From Azolla caroliniana (lineage: Eukaryota > Plantae > Polypodiophyta): a DNA stretch of 64,000 nt. Numbering within the stretch: position 1 is the first letter of the stretch; every line of letters begins with the position of its first letter. Where the stretch lies: positions 22,010,001 through 22,074,000 of the forward strand of contig JBHGNT010000003.1 of assembly GCA_043228905.1 (NCBI GenBank), written 5' to 3'. A model generated the notes under the pieces. That model did no database searches. It was given only the letters and a program-made list of their open reading frames with translations, and was not told the origin of the DNA. The position numbers and the translations under genes were made by a program. Of the stretch, positions 38,801-52,300 are shown piece by piece.

Positions 38801-41584
38801 AAGACGCTAACAAAACACATATTTCTATATATTTCAGTTGTTCATTAATTCTTCCTTTCTTTGGTATCATGGCTTCTGTAGCAGTCTTTTAAAATACTGC
38901 AATGATTTTCTTCCCTTTTAACTCTCATTTGAGTCTGTATAACAATGAACGACTAGCCCATTTGCAGTTATTGAATATGTACTAGAAGAGACACTACAAA
39001 ATACATGCTTTTATTAATTTCACTTGTTTGATTATCACACGTGTCAGTTGTTTTTCTTTTTTTTTCATTCTTGAAGGCCATTTTAGCCTCTTTAAAGATG
39101 TTAACATATCTTTCTTCATTTCCTTTTTTGATATCATGCAATTCTCTTAAGAAATTGAGATGATTTTCTTTTTTCACTTTCAGTAGAATCTGTATTCCAA
39201 GGAATTGCTAGCCCATTCACAGTTATTGAGCATGCACATAATGATTTATGATATCTGCATACCTTGAGCAAAACACATCCTATCTAAAAGTCGAGATGGA
39301 CATGCAAAACTATATGTGGATCACACACTGTTGATGCATCTTGGGACCGCAGCTTTTAATTTGACAGTATACAAGAGAATGCATGGCACATAGGAACATA
39401 ACAACTGGATCAAAATGGTGCCAGTTAATCTAGACTGATGCGCCATGTGAACTCTCAAAGGTTATGTTTTAACACATCTTCTATACAATATTGCAATGCA
39501 TGGCCACTACATGTATTATACAATGTTGCTTGCTTTACACATGTCCAGGCATAGCATTTTTTCCATAACATTGTATATCTAGCTTTGCACATTTTGCCCA
39601 ATTCCAGAAATCCTCATCTAATTCGGTACATATGTGCATAGAGAAAATGCTGCTAAATTTAGCACAATGAAAGAGTATAGCTGATGAAGTATCCTTAAAA
39701 TTATAAACTAAATAATAATCTTATCACTAATTCTCATTGAATACCAATCAAAGATTTGAAAAGGTTGAGAGAATAGAGCACAAACAGGATCAGTAAGGTC
39801 GCCATACTTGACTTTAAGAGGACTATACTGAAGAGTATATGGCTCCACTTCACTTTGTCTAAGCTTCCAAAACTGCAAGACAAACTCAATCAACTAGAGA
39901 CCTGACCATAAATGCATTTTCAGCAACTTCAAAAAATATTGTTACTATGTAAAACATTTTTCCACTCATTATCTACATAATATAAATCAAATTTATTTCC
40001 CAATTTTTGTTTCTCCAAAGTGAGATAGCATTTTCAGATGTAATTCCTCATCCAGTTTCAGACACTCATGGGTGATTTCTGTTTGATCTTTCTTTCTGCC
40101 CTAAATGTGAAAGGATCATCTTTCAGAAGAATATCAGAATCAGTTGATAAACTTTTCAGAAGATAAAATGTTAGCACTCGAATCCCCATTTCAGTATCCT
40201 ACTCATATTTGTAATTTACGAGCTCTACAAGTTGTTGCCATCATTTGGTGGGCCACACAGCTGGTGTCCTTCAGCTCATGTTTGTAATCTAAGAGCCCCA
40301 CGAGTTGTTGCCATCATTTGTGGGCCACTCAACATCCTAGGGAATCACAAAAACGGAGATCCAATCACCGAGAATTGCACCTCCATCAGCAACGTGCCAA
40401 GGAGCCACCATTTAACTGAGCAGAGAAATGTCAACGAAAAGAAAGGCCAAAAGTATTGGGATACAAGGTACATGGTGCACCATCATTGTATGCCATGTCC
40501 AAGCCACCCAAGGACAGCCAAATGCAGTCAATATACATCGTCATTGTCACACTCCACGACACCAACTAGCATCAGACAACATGCCCCTCATGACAATATA
40601 CTACTTCTTGCTTGTGGTTGTAAAACAATCTGCATACTCATTACCAATTGGAGATCCTCCTCGTCTCTTAAGATCATTATCATGGATCTTTACGAGACCT
40701 ATAGCTTTTAATTTCAAGTATTTGTAACCTGACATTACCAATATTTGGAATCGTTGTTTGTCTCATAGGCTGATTTCGGCCTCTAGTAGACATTAATATT
40801 TCTTTCTTTCATCTACCTCTCATATTAGGGTATTAGGGTTGTAGGCTACAGGTAAACCATGCTTTTACAAATCCAATCACATGCATGATAGACTTGTCCA
40901 TTACCCACAACCACGATAGCATTTTCATTTCCATACTACATTATTTTGTCGCTCGTAAATTCACAGTCAACTTGGAGCTTTGATGAGATATCACGATTGA
41001 CAACAGTTGTGGTCTCATTGGCCATTTTAGCATCTCTCTCTCTCTCTCTCTCTCTCTCTGGTTTCTATCTTGGTGAATTTAAACTGAAACTGCAAAGTTG
41101 TAAATTTGAGAGAACCCAAGTTGGATCTTTACAGTGGCCCTGTCCATAAATTGTATTTGATCTCCCAATGGACTATATCTGCGTCTTGTCTTAAACTGAC
41201 AAAATTTCCTATCAGGGTTGTACAAGGAAAACCTTGCAGACTAACATATGTTGAGTACATTCCTAATCTTACCTTAACCTGGAATTTGTCCATAGGAATG
41301 AAGTCGAGGTCGTCAGCGGCGTCATAAGCAGACCTCATAAGGAGGACAGCAAATTTAGGGTTTAGGGTTTTACGAGGGAAGAGGAGGGGTCCAGGAGGGA
41401 GAGGCAAGATGAACCGGCTAAAACCATCATCCAGCTCATAGCTCACATCACTGGCCCCTAAAGAAACCATCATAAATCTGACGCCACTTCCTCTTCTTCT
41501 GTCTTCTCTGGTTTGCCATGGATGAACAGTGAGAACATGGGGAGGTAAGGTGGGATTAGGGAAGCCCATAGCCACCATCACCAT
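35865..41584 (-). CDS. Uncharacterised plant protein (~319 aa), probably with an N-terminal plastid transit peptide, 6 exons
   Basis: GT-AG exons, all phase 0: 41584-41273, 39872-39786, 38673-38596, 38520-38332, 37921-37811, 36047-35865 (TGA). The spliced reading is continuous: FAVLLMRSAYDAADDLDFIPMDKFQVK|FWKLRQSEVEPYTLQYSPLKVKYGDLTDP|LYFDFISFSQF...|...|VLQGIKQIMQLFVDQGYAL...|TKIEGSATLWG...EELWTIK*. The start ATG is uncertain (41584, 41578 or 41569). Confidence 0.85.
36616..36809 (+). repeat. Tandem duplication of a ~99-bp unit in intron 5 of the uncharacterised gene
   Basis: ATTGA.GTGGACATATAATGGACATGAA...CTTACATGTGTCCC starts at ~36616 and ~36715. Confidence 0.88.
36830..37060 (+). mobile_element. 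Small RTE-like LINE C-terminal fragment in an intron
   Basis: The frame STHQLKLEIRKYRNIALKNCICQLLNQEVESEQHYVCH resembles the HxLxIExGR...CxxC...E(D/S)ExH..xC tail of RTE-type LINE ORFs. Confidence 0.55.
40202..40330 (+). repeat. Imperfect direct repeat (~55 bp x2) in intron 1 of the uncharacterised gene
   Basis: CTCAT.TTTGTAAT.TA.GAGC.C.AC.AGTTGTTGCCATCATTTG(G)TGGGCCAC starts at ~40202 and ~40276. Confidence 0.8.
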
Positions 41585-41936
41585 GATGGTACCGGAACCA
41601 GGTTCAAAAATTTCGGCTTCCAAGCTTGGCCTTATCCTACTGCATGTGTATAATATATATATAGTCTACAAGTGAATTACAAGTAAGAAATATATTGTCT
41701 ACAAGTGAACTACCATTCCATCCATTTGACACTAACTTTGATAATGTGCCAATTGTGCACAAACAATGTACGTATCTAATTATATATTTCTTATATTGAA
41801 AATACATATATTCAAATCATTCAATAAAATTTAAAATATACACATATCTTTGATCGATTTTATATGTGATCTATCCACACTATGCCTTCATGATGCCAAG
41901 ATGTCAACAACCACCAATGAAGGTTTTTATAAAGAA

Positions 41937-43400
41937 TCACACTTCTCCATTCATCAAGCCAATATGGGCATCATCATCAACATTCGGTTTTACAACAAAC
42001 CGCACCCAATCGTTTTGCTTCACATGGGCAAGACAAGGGTACATTGCAAATCCTAAGATAGCCACAACCAAAGAAATAATGGTGACCTTCCATGTAGCAA
42101 AGACCATCATACACAGTAGCAAAGCCGTAGGGGGTATACACATGCAAATAATACCCATGGTACCAAGTGGAACCCGATACGGGCGATGAACATTTGGATG
42201 AAAAATACGGAGCCATATAAATGCCGCAAACTCGACCAACATCCCGAAGCAATACAAATAATTCTCGGCAGCAATGATTTCCTGGAAGCTCAACCAAGAT
42301 AGGAGAAGGATGCCTGTGGCAGATGCTAAGATGCCTAAGGTAGGGGTCCCATACGGTGATTTAGAGGCTAAGAAGGCTGGCAACATGCCACACTCTGCCA
42401 TCCCCAAGATTTGAAACGAATCACTACTCATCTCCGCCTCAAACATGCCCATATTCGATAGAGCCGCGGCGATCTCAATCCACCATCCAAGCCATTGACC
42501 CCCAACAATTAATGCCACTTGGGCAAAATACCCATCTTTCCACTCGCTTCGAACTACTTCGATTGCACCGATCCCAGCTAAAAGAGGGACAAGGTAAACG
42601 ACCATGACTAGCAAAACTGCAAGTAGTAGAGCTCTAGGCAAGGTCTTATGTGGGTTGTTGACCTCCCCAACCAAGGTACTCACCGAATCCCAATAGTTCA
42701 GGTTCCAAAACAACGTGTTCAAGTAGGTCGTCCAATCAACTGACGCGAGATCAAAATCTTGCGCAAACCAATTAGACCCAGGGCCAGAGAGCCATCGGTG
42801 CGGGTCAAGCATCGGTAATGCGAAAGCGGACATAACGAGGAACGGTATAAGAGAGAAGCACCCTAGTCCAACGGACGCCCAACCGACTACAGTGAGGCCT
42901 CGATAGTTCAAGAAGGTCAATACCGTTGTGATCAAGATGACAGACACTACGCGAATAGGGCCTTCAGAGACACGAGGTACGACAAACTTCAAGTAATCGA
43001 GGAAGAGTAAAGGGTAGAGCGCATTATCGATAACACCACTGAGCCATTTCCACAATCCTTGTTGGAAACCCCAGAAGGGGCCAAAAGCTTGGGTTATCCA
43101 GACAACATAACCGCCATTCTCCGGAAACATTGTGCCCATCTCGGCGGTTATGAAAGCTTCGGGAATGCTCCATATCAGTGGAAACACAATAAATCCGAGG
43201 ATAGACAAAAATGGCCCCCCTGCTTCTACACAGTCTTCTATACCAAACGGACCCCCTGAAACTTCATAGAAAATCAGGAAGACTAAAGGGAGAAGAGAAA
43301 GCTTTGGGGAAGAAGACTTCTTCTCGGTCTTTTTGTATGAAACTAGAGAAGGTATAGGATCCTCCATCATGTCTTTGGATTGTATAGGGAGATCTCCCAT
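41937..43400 (-). CDS. PUT: Polyamine uptake transporter / L-type amino-acid transporter (PUT/LAT, APC superfamily; RMV1-like), intronless, 487 aa
   Basis: Single 487-aa ORF with [70 protein letters not shown] and [21 protein letters not shown], and many hydrophobic segments. Confidence 0.96.
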   Translation of the reverse strand: MGDLPIQSKDMMEDPIPSLVSYKKTEKKSSSPKLSLLPLVFLIFYEVSGGPFGIEDCVEAGGPFLSILGFIVFPLIWSIPEAFITAEMGTMFPENGGYVVWITQAFGPFWGFQQGLWKWLSGVIDNALYPLLFLDYLKFVVPRVSEGPIRVVSVILITTVLTFLNYRGLTVVGWASVGLGCFSLIPFLVMSAFALPMLDPHRWLSGPGSNWFAQDFDLASVDWTTYLNTLFWNLNYWDSVSTLVGEVNNPHKTLPRALLLAVLLVMVVYLVPLLAGIGAIEVVRSEWKDGYFAQVALIVGGQWLGWWIEIAAALSNMGMFEAEMSSDSFQILGMAECGMLPAFLASKSPYGTPTLGILASATGILLLSWLSFQEIIAAENYLYCFGMLVEFAAFIWLRIFHPNVHRPYRVPLGTMGIICMCIPPTALLLCMMVFATWKVTIISLVVAILGFAMYPCLAHVKQNDWVRFVVKPNVDDDAHIGLMNGEV

Positions 43401-45285
43401 CTAGTTAATCTCTGGAAAACAAATCCTCTGGTATAGAGGTATATAGGAATTTCGGGGTATTGCAAGGATTGGGGGTTCTATGGCTATGGCAGGAATAAGT
43501 TAGGTTACTATGGGAATCTTTGTTTAGGGTTTATATGGCAAATTTTAAGGTTTCTTGCCTATGGCAACATGAATTATAGTTTTGTGACTGTGACAAGCAT
43601 TAGGGTTTCCATGGGTATGCCATGAATTAGGGGTTTTGTGACAATTGCAAGCTTTGAGGTTTGCATGGGTATGCCAAGGTTTGGAGGTTGCATGGGTAAT
43701 GCCTAGGATAAGGTCTTGTATGGCTATGGCAAGGATTAGAGCTTCTACAACTATGGGAGGAATACGATTTCACCACATGGGAGAAGGCTAGACCATTATA
43801 GAAGGAGACAAATAAATGCAATGCAAACTAGATAAATAAATAGCCAAAACAAAAACCAGTACCACCCATGTGGCAAATACTCCTAGTTATGAATGTCCTA
43901 AACCCTAAGTAACCAAAAGATTTATACTTTAGGTATGAACAATATTGAACTAAAGCTACATTATGGTATCACCGACTTTCACTTCCCTTTCCCGATCACA
44001 ATGGAAGTACATCAACGAATTCCCTCAAGAGTAGACAACCTTAAGTTTGATTTCACATATTCCTCCCACATAATGGGAACAATGATTTTTGTCTATGATG
44101 CTTTGCGACTTTTCAACAAATGATTTTTGAGTTGGATTTCATAGTTTATCAATATTGTTTTTTTTCTTCACACTTACAAGTTGCACAATTTGGATTCAAT
44201 TAATTATGTTGCTCTTCTAAGTACCAATACCTTATCGAACATAATACTTTTAACAAGACCTAGAAATTTTGTTTCAATCAAGAGCTAATTCGCCATTCAT
44301 TTGTGTGATACCCATTCATATCAAATCAGTCGTTATGTTATATGATGAAGCTAACAATCTTGTGTGATTCATATTGTCAAGTCATGTGTGTAAAGATCCA
44401 CAAAATAGTCTTCCTTTTTACCAAATTTTGTGGAATTCTAGAGAGAGAGAGAGAGCAATATGGTAATTGTCCACCAATTGAGTTATTTGCATACTTATGG
44501 CTCTATGGCTCTTGCATTGAAAATGGAAAAGAAAGTCAAGTTTTAGTTCAATCGTGTGGCAAAACTAGGCTTGACAATCATGAGAAATGTTGTTTTAGAA
44601 CCAAGAAAGGAAATAAAATTATGACCTTCACGTCAATATGAACTAGAAACAATATAACTTTGTCTACTCACATAAGTGAAGTACTCACATCATCACAACT
44701 CTTGCATTGGAATAGAAAGAAAGTCTCAAGTTTGAATTCAATCGTGTTATTTCACATGTATTTAAAGAATGCAAATCATGATCTTCATGACAATATGAAC
44801 TAGGTTTCATATATCTCCCGGATATAATAATATATGGCAATCATGATCTCCATTGTCTACTCTTGTAACTTATATTCCAAAAATTCGGAAATCATCCATG
44901 GAAAGATAAATGATTTAATAGCAAAATATTCGTCCTCATATTGTCATCCAAGACATCTATTATACATGGATTAGAGATAGAAATTGGTTAGTGGTAAGGT
45001 ATCTTGTCGATGGCACATTACTTGATAAATGTGATAGAAGCATCAAGTGTTGAATGTAGGAAGGCAATCTCATCTTCCTTGGATACAAAAGAGGATTATA
45101 GACATAGATCTTATGTGCCCAATTACTAAACCATTTGGGTGGATGTGGCAAATGGGGTCACTTTATGGTAGAATGTCAACATCATTGTCCTTCAACCTTG
45201 GAGGTTCCTAATGAGGGGAATGATAATGAAAGAGTTGCGAGAGATGTTGGTATGTCGGATATTGTGGTCGTTATGGATGCAAGAA

Positions 45286-45408
45286 CATCATTCTATGTCA
45301 CAAGTTAGCAAGGTTCACAATTCATTTGCTTGGATATTCATCATTCTATGTCACAAGTTAGCAAGGTTCACAATTCATTTGCTTGGATATTCATCATTCT
45401 ATGTCACA
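45286..45408 (+). repeat. Perfect tandem repeat, 53-bp unit x ~2.3
   Basis: CATCATTCTATGTCACAAGTTAGCAAGGTTCACAATTCATTTGCTTGGATATT starts at 45286 and 45339, with a partial third copy at 45392. Confidence 0.95.
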
Positions 45409-46322
45409 CATCGGGCATCATTAACAAAGAAAATGTTGTCACCTTTCAATATTTCCCTCCCTCTTGTATAAAGTACAATTGGAGTTGGAGAAACAAACAC
45501 CTGTTTAATGGTCTCCATTGAGTAACAAAACTCTATGTCCTTGATGGGTTTCACAACTAAGCTATGTTCTTGCCTTTTATGTCAGTCGTATTGCACTCGT
45601 CAGTTTTATTCATCATTCATTACAACCTCACTATTGTATGAGGGACAACGAGGTCTTTTGTTTATTATCATGTATTAATGTACACACTAGTTTTATAGAG
45701 AGACAAACACAATGAGAATGTTTGGCACCAAAAAAATGTTATTAATATGCTAGATTTTTCAGGAAGTACATCTTCAGTTTGATAAATAGTAAAAAAAAAT
45801 GCATAGCAAAAAGAACAAGGAGAGATTCAACAAATATAAACAGAAATCCCATATGTTTATGTGTACAGATAGTTAGATTATATAAATATAGTCTATATAT
45901 ACATCATGGCTACAAAGCCTTCTGATACAAGTTGCAATATTGCTGCAACATTGTGTTTCTCCCTCGGTCAGACTTCTTCATTTTATCGTGCTGGCCATGC
46001 TATTGATACCAACATTGAATAAAATAGAACTGACCCCCTAAATATAACCCCAATTCTTTGCATAGATCTAGTTAGTTACACTGAGGGGAGGATATACAAA
46101 TCGGCATTTTATTTTTTATTTTAATTCCTTTAAACCAAAAAATTCTTCCAGGGATTGACCAAAATAGATGTGATGATGATTGACTACCTAAATTTGGATG
46201 CAAATTGCAATTCTAATAGAACTAAACCTAATGCATGACGACAAGTTGGTTTCTGAATTATAACGATCAAGGTGATCCAAGAGCTTGTATATTGTATCTC
46301 AGAATCGCTCAAATTTTGCATC

Positions 46323-49300
46323 TTATACAGTGTATGCTTGCTGGATAGTATCAATGTCTAGGCCCTTGAGCCTAACAACAGACTCTACATGTCCTTTCAA
46401 AGTATGCAATTCTCTAAGCCTGTTTGAAGATGAAACACAGCAAGCAGTGTATTAAATTAATGCATCAAACAGTATCATTAAGAACCAAGAAGAGAAAACA
46501 ATTAGTATGAAAACCAATCTCCAACTTACCGTGCTATCTCAGCGCGTCTCTTTGCTTGTTCTGCCATTTCACTAAGCTCACTGTAGCTGCTTTTTTCGGT
46601 GAAAATTTTTGCCTGTGGAGGATGCAAACCGTGCAAAGTTCGTTGAGCCGTGGCCCATTTAACCTCTCTTGCCTCTTTCCCAAAATCCTTTTGCCTTGTG
46701 AATGCAGTCTACATCACAATACACAATAATGTTGGCATGGTGAAAGAAACAAGTCATTATATACAAGGCAAATTTTGCCTGCACAAAGTATTTCTTTTAG
46801 TCACTATGTTAGCATATTGAAATTTGGAGAAATTCAACTATAGGTAAGTAATCTCATTAAAGTTCAAATATAAAATGCAGTACTCTATGAAAGTAACTTT
46901 TCATAAGGTTAGTTTAAGATCAGTGTGCAGCAAAGTTCTCCCTGAATAAATGGGTTTACAAGATAAAAATTTGCATTTTCCACAGCATGTGTAAAAAGGA
47001 TGGATCATTGCCCATGAAAAGGACAATGCTGATTATGAAACACAGCAAGAAAGTCGTATTACCATGGCGCTTTAAAAGGTAATGCTACTGAAAGAATGTC
47101 ATGCACATTGGACCAAAAGTTAATATAGATAAATTGAAATGAGAGAGAGAGAGAGATACCCGTTGTTCAATCACAAGATCCCATGCTTTGCCGCTTAAAA
47201 TGTATCGAATGATAAATTTGATGATGTCAAGCGGAAAGTAGAAAACAAAGTTGTAGAGCCAAATAACTCCAGCCCATCCCCAACCCATGCCTTTAATCAT
47301 TGCAAATCCCCAGTTTGCATAGACGGAAATAAAAGTTGCAATCTTAACAAAATAAAAAGACATTCAAGAATTAACCTCTTTCAAAAACCCTATTGTAATG
47401 AGATACAAACAATAATTTGAGCTCTTTCAGATCCCTAATGAAAAAAAAAGAGAAGCTTTTTTAATAAAAAATATAGGTATGTGATACCATTTGGGCAATA
47501 ATAAATGCTGTCACAAGCAAGAAACCAGGCCTCTCTAAGAATGACCATCCCCTTGACCGAGTTACAAATATAAGAGCTTGACTTATTGTACTGACTTGCA
47601 GATAAATGGCTGCTGCCATCATATCATGGTTTCCCCTGATACTTCGCACTCCAAATGTATTCTGAGGAAGAACAAAAGTATATTATTGTTATTAATTCAC
47701 TAAGCTTTACTATAGTTAAGCTACACCATTATCGGAACAAGATCATAGAATTCTCAACAAGCATACAATTATATTGTTCATATTTATAAAGCTTTAGCAT
47801 AACGCTTTCTCAAGAAGAAATCAGAGTATCATCCTTCTTATGTACAATGATTTAGAATAATTAAGTACTCAATATGCTTAATCCACAAGAAAAGTCTACT
47901 ACTATCTATCTTATATACAAGTTTTAACATAAGATATTTACAGAATTATCCTTTCTCAGTAAGAGCAGCGTGTTATCCTACGTCTGTAGTAAGCATTAAC
48001 ATAATAAGATGCAGAATTATCTTTTCCCAACAAGAAGAAATCATTCTTCTTATGCTGAACACTGTTGAATATTCTTAAGCTACAGCTGGCAACAAGTACA
48101 AAGTATTATCCTTCCTATGCTCAAAGTTACAGTATGCTTTCTCAACAAGAATATGTTAATATCCTTCTTATGTAATAAGCTTTAGCATAACAATCAAAAC
48201 AAGCAGAGTACTATCCTTCTTGTCGGGAAGATATATCATATGATAAAGTTACATGATTATGTATTTTTTGCTAAAAAGCTTTCACATTCAAACCTGGAAA
48301 AAGTCAGTCTTGTCAGCTGCCCAGTAGAAAATGACTGTCATCAAAGCAAGATAACTTCCTAGTACAACACCAGTTGTAAATATCTCTGAAAGCTTCCAGC
48401 TGTCTGGTAAAGGAGATGGCTTCACTCTATCCTTAGAAATGGTCATTATTGTACCTTTAATGATCAAGCAATCATTAGCACTGAATGCGGCAAGCAGAGT
48501 ATGTTCAAAACAAAAGCGAAAGTAATATTAAATCACCATGGAAAGTATGATTAAAACAATCCTCACCATCATTCAGGATTGCTATGATAAGAACCATGAA
48601 TGGAGGGAAATCAAACTGCCAAATAAGTGCGAGAAGCATAAAGCCAAGCTGTAACACAGAAGACAAAAACACCTTTTAACTTCCATTGGGTATATGACAG
48701 ATCCCATAACTAGTGTCTACGTACCACAATACGTATAGTTATTGAAACAGCATAGATCTGCAACAGAATCAAGATGATTTTGTAAGTTGAAGAAATGTAA
48801 AAACCTTTTGCATAGTCAAGTGAGCGCTGGAATATACAGAGTTCTGTATATATAGTCAACAGCAAGAGCATAAGGGGGAAGAAGCTTACAGTGTAGTTTT
48901 TCATTCTTTGAAAGATAGAACGGCTAGTCAAAACAGCACTGATGATGACACTTAGTCCAGGTTCAGTTAAAACTATGTCAGATGCACTTCTTGCAGCATC
49001 AGTGGCATCAGCAACAGCTATACCAATGTCTGCTTTCTTTAGTGCGGGTGCATCATTCACACCATCACCAGTCATCCCGCATATATGCTTCTTTTTCTGT
49101 AGTCTCTGTACAATTTCATATTTATGTTCTGCAAGAAGCATATGATAGAGTACATTTTAAAACTTGTTCAACATGCCAAAATGTTTTATGTACTAACATT
49201 TGACTTATGTTATGGAAAAAACATATGAGATGAGGAGTTATAAACTTGTTAATCTGCATAATCGTAGTATATAGTCTGTAGGAGTTTATTTTACATCTTT

Positions 49301-52300
49301 GGCATAATGCAAAGTTATCATTACCTGGAAAAACACCAGCAAATCCATCAGCTTTTTCAATAAGTTCGTCTATTGGCAAGGCAGCAATAGACTCATCCTT
49401 GTTTTGACCAAGCAAAGATGATGATGGATACATATTAGTCCCCATTCCAAGCCTCCTTCCAGTTTCCTTAGCAATTGCTAATTGATCACCTGTGAAGTTA
49501 ATGACATAAAACCAAAGTCACCAAGAGCTTGTGGGCAATTTCATACAAGATAAACCCAGCTAATTTGCATTTATTAAGTCATTAATGCTATGTACCCAAA
49601 CGAACGAAGACCATTCGTTGCAGAGAGTAATCAAACATGTTTCTAAGCTTATTTGTCAGATATCATATGTATGTTGAAACGACCTACCAGTTATCATCTT
49701 CACATTGACACCAAGGTTCAAAGCTCTCCGAATTGTCTCTGCACTATCATGACGAGGAGGGTCAAATAGTGGCAATAACCCAATAAATTGCCATGGCCCT
49801 CCAGGACTTTCTTTTCTACCTTCGGGAACTTCCTATAGATTACACCATCTTTTAGTGTCTGGGGTTATGAATCCAAAGTATGGAAAGAGAAATTTATATA
49901 ATGCTAGGTGATGTGGTGTTTTTATATAAGTGTTCATGTTTTGTATGCTTGGTTTGAAAAAGATAGTACCTGTCTTGCAACTGCTAATGAACGGAGACCC
50001 CGTTCTGCAAACTTATCGATGACTCGATGCACTCTTGATGCAATTTCAGCTTTGTTATGTGCAAGTGAAAGAATCTGTATTAATAAAGTAAGAAATACTA
50101 GTTTTTTAAATATCCAATTTCAGCTTCCTTGTGTGCATGTGAAAAAGTCTTCATAACAAAGAAGGAAACATTAGTTTTCTAGACATGCAGTTTCAGCTTT
50201 ATTGTGCGAAAAAGGAAAGAATCTGCACAATGAAGTTAGAAATAGTAGTGTTTTAGATTGCAATTTCAGTTTTGTTGTATGCAGTGGAAAAAGCTGCATA
50301 ACAAAGTGAAGAAACAGTAATATTGTAGATATGTAATCTCAGATGTCTCATGCACAAGTGAAAGAATTTGCATTAACAAAGTACACAAACATTACATTTT
50401 CCAGGGTAACATGGCCATATTGATAGACGTGAGATTAGAAACTTAGTTGACATTTTGAAATGCATACCTGCTCTGGTGCACCCTTGCTGACCCTATGCAT
50501 CTTTCCTTTTGCATCAATGAATGTTAAAGCTGTTCTCTTATCAGTAGGATTAAAGGGCAAAAAATGAACTTCCTCAATACCTGCACGAGCCTGAAAAGAA
50601 GAAGACCCAAATTATATAAGCTCACACTATTCTATGGAATATACATCGATATGAAATATGATACTTTTCTTAAATATTCAAACCTCTTTTGGATCAGCTA
50701 ACACACCCACAATAGCAGCATCAATAGCATCTTGATTTTCAGTTCGTGATGCCCTAGCTGCCATCAAGACTACCGTGTCCTTATCAACGCCTTTTGCAAA
50801 CACCTATCAATTCAAATAAAGATTTCTGATCAAACTTCCTACTACACAATTATTAGAATTTGATAACCATGTAGCTTTATGCCATTTTTAACCTCAATTA
50901 AGTTTTTGTCAACTGAGAGTTTGTTTAGTGTCAGTGTGCCAGTCTTATCACTACATAAAACGTCCATTCCAGCCAGCTCTTCTATAGCTGTCATTCGTTT
51001 TGTTATTGCACCCTGCAATATTAGAAAAATGTTTTCCATATTAGTTGTCCAAAACAAGTTTATCAAAATGTAATAAACGTTTATCTCATTTGTTGAGACT
51101 ACTAGCAACAAGCATAAGTTCACTAAAACGTAATAAACCTAGTGATTCATTTTACAAACCTGCTGAGAGAGCCTATGGGAACCAATAGCCATTGTTACCG
51201 AGAGGACAGTTGGCATGGCAATGGGGATACCACCAATCAGAAGTACAAGTAAGTTATCAATGCCTTGCCGATATGTTCGGTGTTGAATAGGATACATGAC
51301 TATAATCTCAATCACCATTCCAATGCCAATAGAACATATGCAGAAGTTCCCAATAGCTGTAAGAACCTGATTATGCAAAAGAAAAATTATAATTTAACAC
51401 ATATAATGGTGTTCATATGGGTATATATCAACAAAAGAGTATTAACAATAAAATGGTATTTGAAAATATTTAAAGAGTAACAAACCTTCTGGAAATGTCC
51501 CACTTGATTTGTTGTATCCACGAGGTGTGCGGCCTTACCAAAGAAAGTGTGGACACCAGTGGCAATGACCACAGCTTCTATCTCGCCTTGCTTACACGTA
51601 GATCCTGAGTAGACTCCATCACCTGGACTTTTGGTGACTGGTAATGATTCTCCAGTAAGGGCAGACTGCATTAAATCAGAAGAAAATAAATTTTGAATCT
51701 GTTAATCCTTAAGATATAGTACCAGTGCTTAAACTTGAAACCCATTTAGAGTTTCATTAAAACAATTCAAATATTGCAAAACACGTAACCTAAAGTTTTC
51801 TTTTGCCTAAAAAACATACTACATTAGGATTAAGAGATCACCCTCAGGCTATACAAGAAATGCTTTACAAACATGATACCTACCTCCCCCTTTTTAAGTT
51901 CTAGCTATCGGCTGAAATAAATATTTCGGTGTAGAGTGAAACCAGTCAACCTTATCAAAAAACCACTGAAAAAATATACCTTTGTCCTATATGCCACGAA
52001 ACTAGTAATTGCAATTCTGCATGTTGAGTGTCACCTTTTATATTATTCAAACAACCTCTGATCAAATTCCTGTGATTGTCTGAGAAGGCCTTTCTGTCAC
52101 ATTTTGAAATACCTTCAAGCACCTTGCCTTTCACGTAACTCAAAGTTATGCCCTAACTTGCTATATATAAGCATTAATTATGAAATCGGAGCTCCAGATG
52201 AAGCCTAAATTTTCTTAAAAGTTGCAAACTTGCATAGTACTATCATTAAATTTAATATTACTGTAATTTATACTAAATCTATTAGAATCATAACAGTATC

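Noticed and set aside
40232-40727. 159-aa and 99-aa plus-strand ORFs
   Set aside because: They lie inside intron 1 of the minus-strand gene, begin with non-ATG codons in the track, and have no recognisable motifs.
45286-45408. Regularly spaced 17-bp repeat (CATCATTCTATGTCACA) resembling a mini CRISPR array
   Set aside because: The 'spacers' are identical, so it is a plain 53-bp tandem repeat. The context is eukaryotic and there are no cas genes.
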